A stretch of 64,000 nt of DNA, from the NCBI GenBank assembly GCA_963729895.1, contig CAVSQB010000008.1:32001-96000 (forward strand), given 5' to 3'. Positions 27,810 to 36,247 of the stretch are shown piece by piece. The notes beneath the pieces were generated by a model that saw only the letters and a program-made list of their open reading frames with translations, did no database searches and was not told the DNA's origin. The stretch is from an uncultured Fibrobacterota bacterium. Its GTDB lineage: Bacteria > Fibrobacterota > Chitinivibrionia > Chitinivibrionales > FEN-1185. Numbering within the stretch: the first letter of the stretch is position 1; each line of letters starts with the position of its first letter. Position numbers and translations under genes: made by a program.

Positions 27810-28235
27810 TCACTCAAAGTCCTCACTGCCGCCCCGCCTGAACCGTTTTTTCTCCGCGTGCAGCCGTTTGCTCCGGACGCGGCGGACCCGCGATGCGTGC
27901 GTCGGCCTTGTTGTCCTGCGTTTTTTGGGTTCTTCGAGGGCTTTGCGGATCAGCGCCACCAGCCGGTCAATTGCGTCGCTGCGGTTGCGCTCCTGGGTGC
28001 GGAACCGGCTTGCCGAGATGATCACCTCGCCGTCCGACGTGGCGCGCGCACCCGCGATGGCGTGCAGGCGGCGCTTGACGTGATCCGGAAGCGAGGGCGA
28101 CGCCGCGGCATTGAACCTGAGCTGCGCGGCCGTGGAGACCTTGTTCACGTTCTGCCCGCCCGGTCCGCCGGACCGGACAAACGAAAACGACAGTTCCCGT
28201 TCGTCTATGCTGCACCGTGGCGTAATTTCGATCAT
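27810..28235 (-). CDS. arfB: Alternative ribosome-rescue peptidyl-tRNA hydrolase ArfB
   Basis: RSGGPGGQNVNKVST, RTQERNR, basic tail PKKRRTTRPT. Confidence 0.92.
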   Translation of the reverse strand: MIEITPRCSIDERELSFSFVRSGGPGGQNVNKVSTAAQLRFNAAASPSLPDHVKRRLHAIAGARATSDGEVIISASRFRTQERNRSDAIDRLVALIRKALEEPKKRRTTRPTHASRVRRVRSKRLHAEKKRFRRGGSEDFE

Positions 28236-28331
28236 GGCTTCCTGCAAAGGCGCCCGCGCCTCTCCGCCGGATCACCTGCAAAAAAAGGTTTCCTTCACCG
28301 GTTCCAAACGTGGCCGATGCGGCGGGTTCCT

Positions 28332-28859
28332 TTACCACCGATACAGCACGACCGCACCGTAGCTCCCGTTGTCCGCAACGGGAACCACCTGAACGTTTCT
28401 TATTTTGCTTCTCGTAAAAACCAGATTGCTCACAACGCCGATGGCCGCGCCGGCAAGAACGTCCAGGGGATAGTGCTCGTTTGACTCGATGCGGCTCCAT
28501 CCCACTAGCGCCGCCGCCCCGTATGCCGGAATCCCGTAGGCGGTTCCGTACCGTATGTCAAGAAAGGCGGCCCCGCACACGGCAGCCGACGTATGCGCCG
28601 ATGGAAACGATTGTGTGCCGCCGTCGGGGCGCGTTTCTTGTACCGAGTACTTGAGTCCATAGGTTACGGCAAGCGTACTTGCCAGCGCGGCTGAAAGCTG
28701 GACGCATCCTTTCCAGTCTTTGTGCCATGCTGCGATCCCGAGCGCGGCCGCCGGCAGCGCGTACTGGCCGACGTCGCCGGCCGTCTCAAAGTAGTCGGTG
28801 GCGCACGCGGGAAAGGCGGCCAAAAACGTGAAAACGATAATCACTGATGATCTTCTCAT
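28332..28859 (-). CDS. PAP2-family phosphatase
   Basis: K-x6-RP, SFPSAH, SRIESNEHYPLDV motifs; N-terminal signal/TM. Confidence 0.85.
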   Translation of the reverse strand: MRRSSVIIVFTFLAAFPACATDYFETAGDVGQYALPAAALGIAAWHKDWKGCVQLSAALASTLAVTYGLKYSVQETRPDGGTQSFPSAHTSAAVCGAAFLDIRYGTAYGIPAYGAAALVGWSRIESNEHYPLDVLAGAAIGVVSNLVFTRSKIRNVQVVPVADNGSYGAVVLYRW

Positions 28860-28897
28860 CGGTAGCTTTCCCGGCCCGAACCTGAGTAGGCGATGTC

Positions 28898-29425
28898 CTA
28901 CACCAGGTCCCGGAAGTCCGCGCAGAATTTCTTTCGATCGCAGGCGCCGCAGTGCTTCCCCATCCACACTCCGTCGAATTCCTCCATGATGGCCTCTATG
29001 GTCCCCGCCTCGGTCGTCGCGATTCCCATTTCGAAATTACGGCGCGTGTCGCTCTTTGCGCCCATGCCCGCACCCGTGAGGTTCGCGCTGCCCATGTAGG
29101 CAAAGCCGCCGTCCACCACCACGCACTTGAAATGCACCCGCGGGCACAGGATTCTTTCCATCCCGTCGATCAGCGATGGATACTTGTCGAAGTCGGCTCG
29201 AAAGGCAGGGCCCGGCTCTTTTGCGTGGATGAGACGGATTGCAACGTCGTTCTTCGCCAAATCGGAAAGTTCTTCGAGAAACGGAACCATGCGGCGCTGT
29301 TTCGAGACATAGAGATCCTTGAGGTCCGACGTCCCCATCCATATAAAACGCCGGGCCTTGGGAATTTCCTCGAGAATTACCTTGGTGTAAATATCGCGGT
29401 CGGTAATGAATTGAACGGTTTGCAC
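28898..29425 (-). CDS. Phospholipase D-like (single HKD) domain protein
   Basis: HFKCVVVD..GSANLT..NFE; C-terminal C-x2-C-x5-C; GTG start estimated. Confidence 0.82.
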   Translation of the reverse strand: MQTVQFITDRDIYTKVILEEIPKARRFIWMGTSDLKDLYVSKQRRMVPFLEELSDLAKNDVAIRLIHAKEPGPAFRADFDKYPSLIDGMERILCPRVHFKCVVVDGGFAYMGSANLTGAGMGAKSDTRRNFEMGIATTEAGTIEAIMEEFDGVWMGKHCGACDRKKFCADFRDLV

Positions 29426-29528
29426 GGATACTTCCGGACCGCGGGAACAAGGTGAGAAAGGACCTGCCATTCGTTCCGGCACAGAGGAAGATCCTCACGT
29501 GCCGGAATAAAGCTGTTGCGGGAGCGGG

Positions 29529-29657
29529 TCAGATGCCCATGGTTGAGGCTGAGCCGTATTTTGCGGCCTTTTTCGCCTGCTTCTCCAGCCGTTTTTCCTT
29601 GAGCGTTTTTGTCGGCTGTTTCTTGACATCTTTCTTTGTATCCTGGCTGTGCGACAT
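29529..29657 (-). CDS. Small lysine-rich hypothetical protein (42 aa)
   Basis: AAGGAG RBS; MSHSQDTKKDVKKQPTKTLKEKRLEKQAKKAAK. Confidence 0.55.
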   Translation of the reverse strand: MSHSQDTKKDVKKQPTKTLKEKRLEKQAKKAAKYGSASTMGI

Positions 29658-29902
29658 ACGCATCACTCCTTTGTTTGAAGGATAAGGGCTCCCGCTTGCG
29701 CGGCAGATATGATAATATAAATATAAAAGTTGGAAATGCCTGAGTAAACAATATGGACCGCGCCGGTCGGTATTTGATTGTGCGTGCATGCCCGATCGCC
29801 CTGTTCCCGGAGCGCCGTCTCCAAGCGCCGGATCGAATCAATCAACAATTATCACACGACGGGAGATAGCGGCACAGACTCGTTTCATAACGGAGCTTTC
29901 GG

Positions 29903-30463
29903 TCAGTAAAGAACCCCACCGCCGGCGCCATATAACCTGAGCACCTCGCACGCCTTTTTCCGCGAAACTTCGCCTTTCACAACAATTCCCCGACGCCGCA
30001 GTTCCCTTTTCCAGCCGGAGTCGGTTGGTCCCTCATCGAACCCGACAATTCTTTCCACATCCTCGCGCCGGGCGCCGAACAATAGTCTCGTTACGCCGGA
30101 CCACACGAGTGCGCCAGAGCACATTGCGCACGGCTGCGCGGACGATGCAAGCACGTATTTTCCCGACGTCTTTACGCCCAGCCTGCATTCGGCGAGCGCG
30201 CGCTGCGCCATCATTATCGCCATGATTTCGGCGTGCGCAACCGAACAGGATTGTGCGACCACGCAGTTGACGCCAACGGAAACAAGCCCGCCCGCGGCCG
30301 TAAATATCGCGGCGCCAAACGGCCCGCCGGTTTTCTCTTGGACGTTCTTCTTTGCAAGACGGATGGCGAGAGCCATCATCTTTGCATCGGTATGGTATCC
30401 GCCACACGGCAGTTTTTCACCGGAAAGCCATGACGGCATGCGTATGAACAAGCTGGTTCTCAT
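29903..30463 (-). CDS. Zinc-dependent nucleoside/guanine deaminase family protein
   Basis: GGPFGAAI, HAE, PCAMC, GFDEG; ATGA overlap with upstream ATPase. Confidence 0.85.
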   Translation of the reverse strand: MRTSLFIRMPSWLSGEKLPCGGYHTDAKMMALAIRLAKKNVQEKTGGPFGAAIFTAAGGLVSVGVNCVVAQSCSVAHAEIMAIMMAQRALAECRLGVKTSGKYVLASSAQPCAMCSGALVWSGVTRLLFGARREDVERIVGFDEGPTDSGWKRELRRRGIVVKGEVSRKKACEVLRLYGAGGGVLY

Positions 30464-31176
30464 GAGCTGGATAACGGTTGCGCGCCGAAAAAGTCTTTGT
30501 AAATCCTGTAGTGGCCGCATTCCCGGTACCCGATCGCCTCAATGGCCCGCGAATCGAAACTGTAAAGAACGGCCGAGGGGAGCGACAGCAGAATGGGAGA
30601 ATGTGTGGCGATGATGAACTGCGCGTGGCCCCTCACGGCCGTCTCGGAAAGCAAGGAACGCAGGCCGATCTGGCTTGCGGGCGACAGCCCGGTTTCCGGT
30701 TCGTCAAGAAAATACAGGCCCTTCACTTTGAAACACGCACGAAAGAACGACAGAATCGACTGGCCGTGGGACTGGCTCACCAGCGATTTCCCGCCGTAGT
30801 ACTCGAGCAGGCCTGGGTCCGTCTTGGCCCATTCGTCTATGATATGGGCATAGTTGCGGAAAAGATCGGAGCCGAAAAAGCAACCCGGCACCCGGCCGCC
30901 GGCCCATTCGACTTCGATGACCTTAAAGAATTCTTTTTCGAACGGGTTGTATTCGCACCTGTCCCTGCCCGTGTCCTCGCCCCAGATATAAATGCCGCAT
31001 AATCTGGACATCGCATGCATGAGCGTCGACTTTCCCGTGGCGTTTTCGCCGACAAAATACGTGACCGGCGCCGAGAATTCCAGACTGCGTGTATTCTGAA
31101 AAATAGACAGACTAAACGGATAGCGGTCTCTTACCGGGTACTTTTCATGGCAAAAGACGACTTTCTTCAGGTACAT
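30460..31176 (-). CDS. Predicted ABC-like AAA ATPase (COG3910 type)
   Basis: GENATGKST, SHGQS, LYFLDEPETGLSP, QFIIATHSPILL. Confidence 0.85.
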   Translation of the reverse strand: MYLKKVVFCHEKYPVRDRYPFSLSIFQNTRSLEFSAPVTYFVGENATGKSTLMHAMSRLCGIYIWGEDTGRDRCEYNPFEKEFFKVIEVEWAGGRVPGCFFGSDLFRNYAHIIDEWAKTDPGLLEYYGGKSLVSQSHGQSILSFFRACFKVKGLYFLDEPETGLSPASQIGLRSLLSETAVRGHAQFIIATHSPILLSLPSAVLYSFDSRAIEAIGYRECGHYRIYKDFFGAQPLSSS

Positions 31177-31216
31177 CGGGGCATCTTTCGTGATTCGGGG
31201 CGGCGCTGTAAGGCGG

Positions 31217-31447
31217 CTAGGAGCAGTATTTCCTGAAGCATTCCTCGGAAAGTTTTGCGCCCTGCTCCGTGAGCAACACGGATTTCGACTTGCTCTTTGG
31301 ATTGCTGATCAAGCCCTTCTGGAAAAGGCGTTCCATGGTGTCCCATTCCATGCCTTTCTAGGCGCGCACGCCGGCGTCGGAAGAAAAAGAAGTGAGGTGA
31401 AGCAGGGCAAGAGCCAGCTCGTCTACCTTTTCTTTGTTGTATTCCAT
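31217..31447 (-). pseudogene. DUF6429-like small winged-helix protein with in-frame TAG
   Basis: MEYNKEKVDELALALLHLTSFSSDAGVRA*KGMEWDTMERLFQKGLISNPKSKSKSVLLTEQG..; TAG at 31358-31360 where, from recall, homologues have RAWKG. Confidence 0.7.
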
Positions 31448-31679
31448 GGGCGGAATCCTTTTCTTGGGTCGGTGTAAAATCCCAACCACGATACGTAGAT
31501 ACTATTTCTCCTCTCTCAAAGCAAGAAAATACTGCGCCGCCGGCTTTGGCGGCCTCGACGATAAGATACATTTTTGCGCTGCGGGAACCTACCGCATCCG
31601 GGTGCACGCCGGAACGGATGCGGAGTCACCGGCACAAATGCTTATTCAAGTGAGCGGGAAATGAATTATTTTTAGCGCC

Positions 31680-32177
31680 ATGTTCAATTACGAAAAGAAC
31701 GAATTCCTTCGCGAAATCTTCTTCAAAACAAATGTCGTGCGAAAACCCATTTCAGGGATTGTGTCCGGATATCATGAGCTTCCGTACATCCTCGTTGCAC
31801 CCGACGAGTCCAACGAATCCGCTTCAATCGAGATTAACGGCAAGATAAATGTTTCGCCGAAGTTTGTGATCACGCCGAATATGATCGGCGAAACCTTCGG
31901 CGACGTGTTTGATCCCGAAACATTCGACAAGGAACTGCAGGGCAGGCTGTTCTCGTTCGCGTACGCCAGCAAGAAGAACGTGAAGATCGAAAACGAGTAT
32001 TTCAACGTGAAGAATTACGAGGAAAAGCCGGAAGAGCGCCTCAGCAGGCTCAACGACCAGCTCGGCAGCCAGGAAAACATCAGGACGGGCCTCATCTTCG
32101 GCCCCCACTTCAAATACTACCCGGTGTCGATAGACCGGTTTATCAACGAAATCGTTGAACGGGAATTCAGAGTGTAG
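31680..32177 (+). CDS. Conserved hypothetical protein
   Basis: 165-aa ORF with gene-like codon use; GYHELPYILV motif; no function recognised. Confidence 0.7.
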   Translation: MFNYEKNEFLREIFFKTNVVRKPISGIVSGYHELPYILVAPDESNESASIEINGKINVSPKFVITPNMIGETFGDVFDPETFDKELQGRLFSFAYASKKNVKIENEYFNVKNYEEKPEERLSRLNDQLGSQENIRTGLIFGPHFKYYPVSIDRFINEIVEREFRV

Positions 32178-32212
32178 GGTCCCGCGCGATTTTCCGGTCC
32201 CGGATGCACGGC

Positions 32213-32659
32213 ATGTGGCTTCTCGGATTCTACAGGTTCTATTTCTCCGTGTGCACAGGAATTGCTTTCTACGCATTCCTGGTTCGGTCGGTCTGGCTGT
32301 CGCTTCTGATCGCAATTTCGGCGCGCGGCCTGTGGTATGGAATTGAGCGAAGCATCGACCGGATTTTAGTCGGCAGGGATTTCGAGCGGCACAGGTACCT
32401 GTTCAAACAAGAGTTCGGGCCCTATGGAATCCGCCTCGTAAACAAGGCCGAAAAAGACTTCAGGATGCGAAAGAGCCTTGCAGAGGTCTTTGTATCCGAT
32501 CCTGCAAGGCTCAGGAAAAACGTTGAACAGCTCACCATGATGGACACGTTGTTCCGGGCGGGCATGCGGCCCGACGGAGACGCCTACCTGCTTCACGACT
32601 GCAAGCTCAAATACGGGACCCACCGGCTCGACCGGCTGCAAAAATCCGGCACCGCGTGA
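32213..32659 (+). CDS. Hypothetical membrane protein
   Basis: Two N-terminal hydrophobic segments; follows 31680 ORF; start could be 32204. Confidence 0.6.
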   Translation: MWLLGFYRFYFSVCTGIAFYAFLVRSVWLSLLIAISARGLWYGIERSIDRILVGRDFERHRYLFKQEFGPYGIRLVNKAEKDFRMRKSLAEVFVSDPARLRKNVEQLTMMDTLFRAGMRPDGDAYLLHDCKLKYGTHRLDRLQKSGTA

Positions 32660-33649
32660 TTATTTTGCAAATGCAGACTCATCCGATTTGTACGACGTGT
32701 CTGCGTACACGATTTTTGCGGTCGCGATGAGACTGTCCACGAAAAGCTTGACAACATCGTTCTGCTTCTTGAGCTCGAGCATCTTCTTGATCTGGTCTTT
32801 TTCCTGCTCAAAGGGCTGGGGCGGCAGGGCTTCCTCGCCCGTCTTCTTTATGATGTGAAACCCGGCGTCGGTTTGGAACACGTTGCTCACCTCGTCCTGC
32901 TTGAGGGAGGTTGCGACCATGTCGAATTCAGGTTTCAGGTCTCCCTTCTTGAACCACCCGATATCCCCGCCCAATTTTGCCGTCGTGGCGTCTTCGGAGT
33001 ACTTCTTTGCCTCCGCCGCAAAATCCTTGCCGCCCTTGATTTCCGCAAGTACTTTTGCGGCCTTGTCCGAGGCGGCCTTCTTTTGGGCGGGGCTTGCGTC
33101 CTTCTTGACGACAAAAAGCACCTGGCTCGCCCTGAAACGCTTCCCCGGGGCAAACCTGGTTTGATTGCTGTCGTAATAATTTTTGCAGTCCTTTACGGTA
33201 ACGGAATCGGACCGCTTTGCAAGCGACTTGATGAGCGTGTCGATGAGGAGCCCGTCGCGCACCTGGTCCCTCATCTGCTGCCGGGTTTGGCCCATTTTCA
33301 CGAGCTCGCGGTCGAGGGTTGCGGAGTCGGGGAACTGCTTCTTTATGCCGTCGAGCGTTTGTTCAAGCTTGGCGGGATCGAACGTGAGCTTGCGCTTCCG
33401 GGCCTCCTGGAGGGCCACTTCGTTTGCAATGAGCTGCCGCGCGATGTTCTTCTTCACGGTTGGAGGGATGCCTTCCAACGATTTCTGCGGAAAAGCGGCA
33501 AGCATCTGCTGCCGGTACATTTCCACTACTTTGTCGATATCGTCTTTCTTTATCCATGTGTCGTTGACGCGTATTGCGGCGTCCTTGGGCCTGTTTTCGT
33601 TGGCGCAGCATACAAGCAGCATGAGGAATACGAGGATGCACTTCTTCAT
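32660..33649 (-). CDS. PrsA/SurA-like parvulin peptidyl-prolyl isomerase, probable lipoprotein
   Basis: MKKCILVFLMLLVCC signal; SurA N-like helical domain; DFAAEAKKYSED..GGDIGWF..GFHIIK. Confidence 0.88.
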   Translation of the reverse strand: MKKCILVFLMLLVCCANENRPKDAAIRVNDTWIKKDDIDKVVEMYRQQMLAAFPQKSLEGIPPTVKKNIARQLIANEVALQEARKRKLTFDPAKLEQTLDGIKKQFPDSATLDRELVKMGQTRQQMRDQVRDGLLIDTLIKSLAKRSDSVTVKDCKNYYDSNQTRFAPGKRFRASQVLFVVKKDASPAQKKAASDKAAKVLAEIKGGKDFAAEAKKYSEDATTAKLGGDIGWFKKGDLKPEFDMVATSLKQDEVSNVFQTDAGFHIIKKTGEEALPPQPFEQEKDQIKKMLELKKQNDVVKLFVDSLIATAKIVYADTSYKSDESAFAK

Positions 33650-33742
33650 AATACACATACCTTTCGGGTTGAAAATTGATAAGATGGAATTTAACTTTTT
33701 CGGAATAATCAATATATATCATAGCAGGTTTGAAAATCAGTG

Positions 33743-33999
33743 AAATGCATTTTGGTCGGCTGAGCCGAAAATATAAACAAGTAAATGCATCTGGATAGCT
33801 GTGTCGGGAATATGAATAATGAAATGTTTTTGGATAGCAGTGCCAGGTGACCCCAAAGTGAGTTTACTTGCGAGCATCATAGGAAACCCTCAGCCCGCCC
33901 TCTCTACCCCTTCGGGTACTTCCAAGGGTCGCCGGGAGGGCGAGGGAGAAAATAGTGAACGAATATCGTATAGGCACCCGCGAAGTGCCGCTGAGAAGG
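33743..33999 (+). repeat. Structured repeat end A, copy 4 (triplicated 5' unit plus internal hairpin insert)
   Basis: Units starting 33743, 33783 and 33822; TGGATAGCAGTGCCAGGTGACCCCAAAGTGAG..; GGCACCCGCGAAGTGCCGCTG at about 33973-33993. Confidence 0.85.
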
Positions 34000-34073
34000 T
34001 GAAATCCGGGATCTGCATCCTGGGCCAGTGGGTAAAACCGATGACAGCCTGAAGCAGATTTCGTTTTCCGGCG

Positions 34074-34102
34074 TTGACAACGGAGCAGGTTGGCGATATA
34101 TT
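34074..34102 (+). promoter_or_regulatory. Sigma70-type promoter of the 34210 gene
   Basis: TTGACA-N17-TATATT; AGGAGGAG RBS before ATG 34210. Confidence 0.7.
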
Positions 34103-34209
34103 GTCCATGGTGCGGTCAGATGGCTTCGGAAGCCTGACCAACCGGAAACACGGTTACCGCAGGGCGGACTCAAAACGATGACCGAAATCCCCCATGCAGG
34201 AGGAGAATC

Positions 34210-36027
34210 ATGAAAAAATTGATTGTTCTGTCGATTTTTTGCTTGTCGCAAGCCGCTTTTGCGCTCCAAGCCCCGTTCCTCTACACTGCCGATTCCGCGT
34301 CGGACACGACTATTCAGTTGACATGGCGCAACAACAGCACTGCGTATCTGGGCATCGTTGTCCTGAGAAAGACCGCTGCCGCCGGGCAATACGCGGTTGT
34401 CGACACTGCGCCGGGAACCGCCACGGCATTTACGGACACGGTCAGGCCGGCGGCGCAAACGACGTATTACTATGCCCTGACTGCCTATTCGCAGACGGAA
34501 CAGGCGGATACGTCGAATGTGGATTCGGCGAGGCTGACGCCGAAACCTTTTGACGGTATTTTCGTTGCGCCCTCCCAGCTGAATGGTATTTACGACACAC
34601 TGACCCATGTTTTGCACCTGTACTTTTATGACAGCTCGAATGTGGAATCGGGCTATAGGATCTATAAGTCGTCGAATTTTGGCGCATTCGAGATTATGCG
34701 AGATATTCCGTCGCCGATTCCTTCTCAAATGGGGTATATCAATGATTCGGATGCCACCGTCTCTTCCAATTCCTGGTATATGTACTACGTTGTCGCATAC
34801 AAGGGACAGCAGACCCTTAGTTCCGTTACTGACACCGTGTTCACGTTTGACGTTGATGCAATGAAGAGAAATTCGCCTAAAAAGTGTACGGTCTTGGACC
34901 AAATCGGTAGTTTTCCAATCAATTACGGCTCCTGGAGCCTGAAATCCGGTGACACCATAGTCTTGAATGAATCAAATGCGCCTGATTCGATGTTCTCCAT
35001 CATTGACGTATCAAACCCCAGTCAACCAAGATTCGCGGGGACGGGAAAATCCGGAGCAGCGGTTATTTTCTACTACTCTCCTGCCCGACAGCTCTCTGCT
35101 TACACCAAAGGCGAATACGTTTTCAACCCAACCGGAGATTCCCTTTCGTGCTACAAGTATCAATCTGGAGCGATGCAAAATTTGAGCACAATCAATGTGG
35201 GTGAAACGGTCTTAACCCCTTGCGGATTCTTGTCGGATAGTGTATTGGTTGTTCCAACTTTTACAGAGTCTCTTACCACTGCCGGCAGGTTTTCAAACGG
35301 CACTTCTTATTCATCGGCAGCTGAGATCCTATTCAAGAACGGTATTCTTACATATTCTGAAGAAGAATTCGTTTATGAGAATAGTTGCAGTAACCTTAGT
35401 CAAACTATATGTGGCTACAGTAATAGTCCCACTCTAGCAAGCGGCGTGCTATGTCAGGGAAGACTATTTACGGGTATTCCGGGGTATATGGGGTTGCTTC
35501 GATCCATGGCGGTCTTCGATTTCACTTATCAAGTTCCATCCAAAACGGTTTTCTCCGCCGACGTGTCAAGTTTAACTTTCTTTGATATTCAACTGGCAGG
35601 TAACGGCGTGTGGCTTGACGCACCGGCATTGACAGCCGATTCTTCTTGGATTCGAAGCTACTCTCACGCTATTCTGCTCGATACCGTCAAGAACCTTGTC
35701 TTCGCCTTATCCGACTCCGAACTCTCGGTCTACAACTGCCAGATCGTCAGCGGAATCTCGCATCCCGTTTCCTCGACGCATCTTACTGCACAAATCCTTC
35801 GTGTCGGCAAAGGAGCGAACGGTTCTGCCTCTCTTATCTTCCTTCCCCGCCACACCCAGCCCGCCTCAGTCTCAATCTTCGACCTGTCCGGAAGGCGTAT
35901 CGCGCGCATGGAAGGAATTCAGGGCGAAACAGTGGCCTGGCCGCATCAGAACAGGACAGGAGTGTACATTCTACGGGCAGTAATCGACGGCAACGCCGTC
36001 GCGGCAAAAGTTATCCTGAACAAATGA
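34210..36027 (+). CDS. Secreted protein with two FN3-like domains, beta-rich middle region and C-terminal sorting-like tail
   Basis: Signal peptide; IQLTWRNNS..FTDT..YYYALTAY; YDSSNVESGYRIY..YYVVAY; IIDVSNPSQP (LVIVD-like); SIFDLSGRRI..GVYILR. Confidence 0.75.
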   Translation: MKKLIVLSIFCLSQAAFALQAPFLYTADSASDTTIQLTWRNNSTAYLGIVVLRKTAAAGQYAVVDTAPGTATAFTDTVRPAAQTTYYYALTAYSQTEQADTSNVDSARLTPKPFDGIFVAPSQLNGIYDTLTHVLHLYFYDSSNVESGYRIYKSSNFGAFEIMRDIPSPIPSQMGYINDSDATVSSNSWYMYYVVAYKGQQTLSSVTDTVFTFDVDAMKRNSPKKCTVLDQIGSFPINYGSWSLKSGDTIVLNESNAPDSMFSIIDVSNPSQPRFAGTGKSGAAVIFYYSPARQLSAYTKGEYVFNPTGDSLSCYKYQSGAMQNLSTINVGETVLTPCGFLSDSVLVVPTFTESLTTAGRFSNGTSYSSAAEILFKNGILTYSEEEFVYENSCSNLSQTICGYSNSPTLASGVLCQGRLFTGIPGYMGLLRSMAVFDFTYQVPSKTVFSADVSSLTFFDIQLAGNGVWLDAPALTADSSWIRSYSHAILLDTVKNLVFALSDSELSVYNCQIVSGISHPVSSTHLTAQILRVGKGANGSASLIFLPRHTQPASVSIFDLSGRRIARMEGIQGETVAWPHQNRTGVYILRAVIDGNAVAAKVILNK

Positions 36028-36050
36028 GAAGAACATGAAGTTGGTTTTCC

Positions 36051-36195
36051 GCGCCAGGGCGGACGGCAGAGTGCGCTGGAGCGCAGGGCTGCCTGACCGC
36101 GCCGCCAGGCATCGCGGCAGGCAGCACCGAGGCCTTGGCCGAGCTCGTACGGAGGCCCGCCGTCCCTTGTGGGGACGGGGCGCCCAGATTTTCTT
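36051..36195 (+). repeat. Structured repeat end B, copy 4
   Basis: Near-identical to 11852-11995 apart from hairpin interiors; starts 23 bp after the 34210 gene stop. Confidence 0.92.
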
Positions 36196-36247
36196 CTCAG
36201 GTAATTCTTCTTAGGTAATTGAAGAGAAAAAGAAGTGAAGCATGTAG

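Noticed and set aside
31358..31360. Amber recoding (pyrrolysine or alternative genetic code)
   Set aside because: TAG terminates several normal genes here (kdsD, nadB, hisG), and the position corresponds to Trp, one substitution from TGG.
33743..33855. Mini CRISPR array
   Set aside because: Units are degenerate, separated by only about 10 nt, and no cas genes are in the window.
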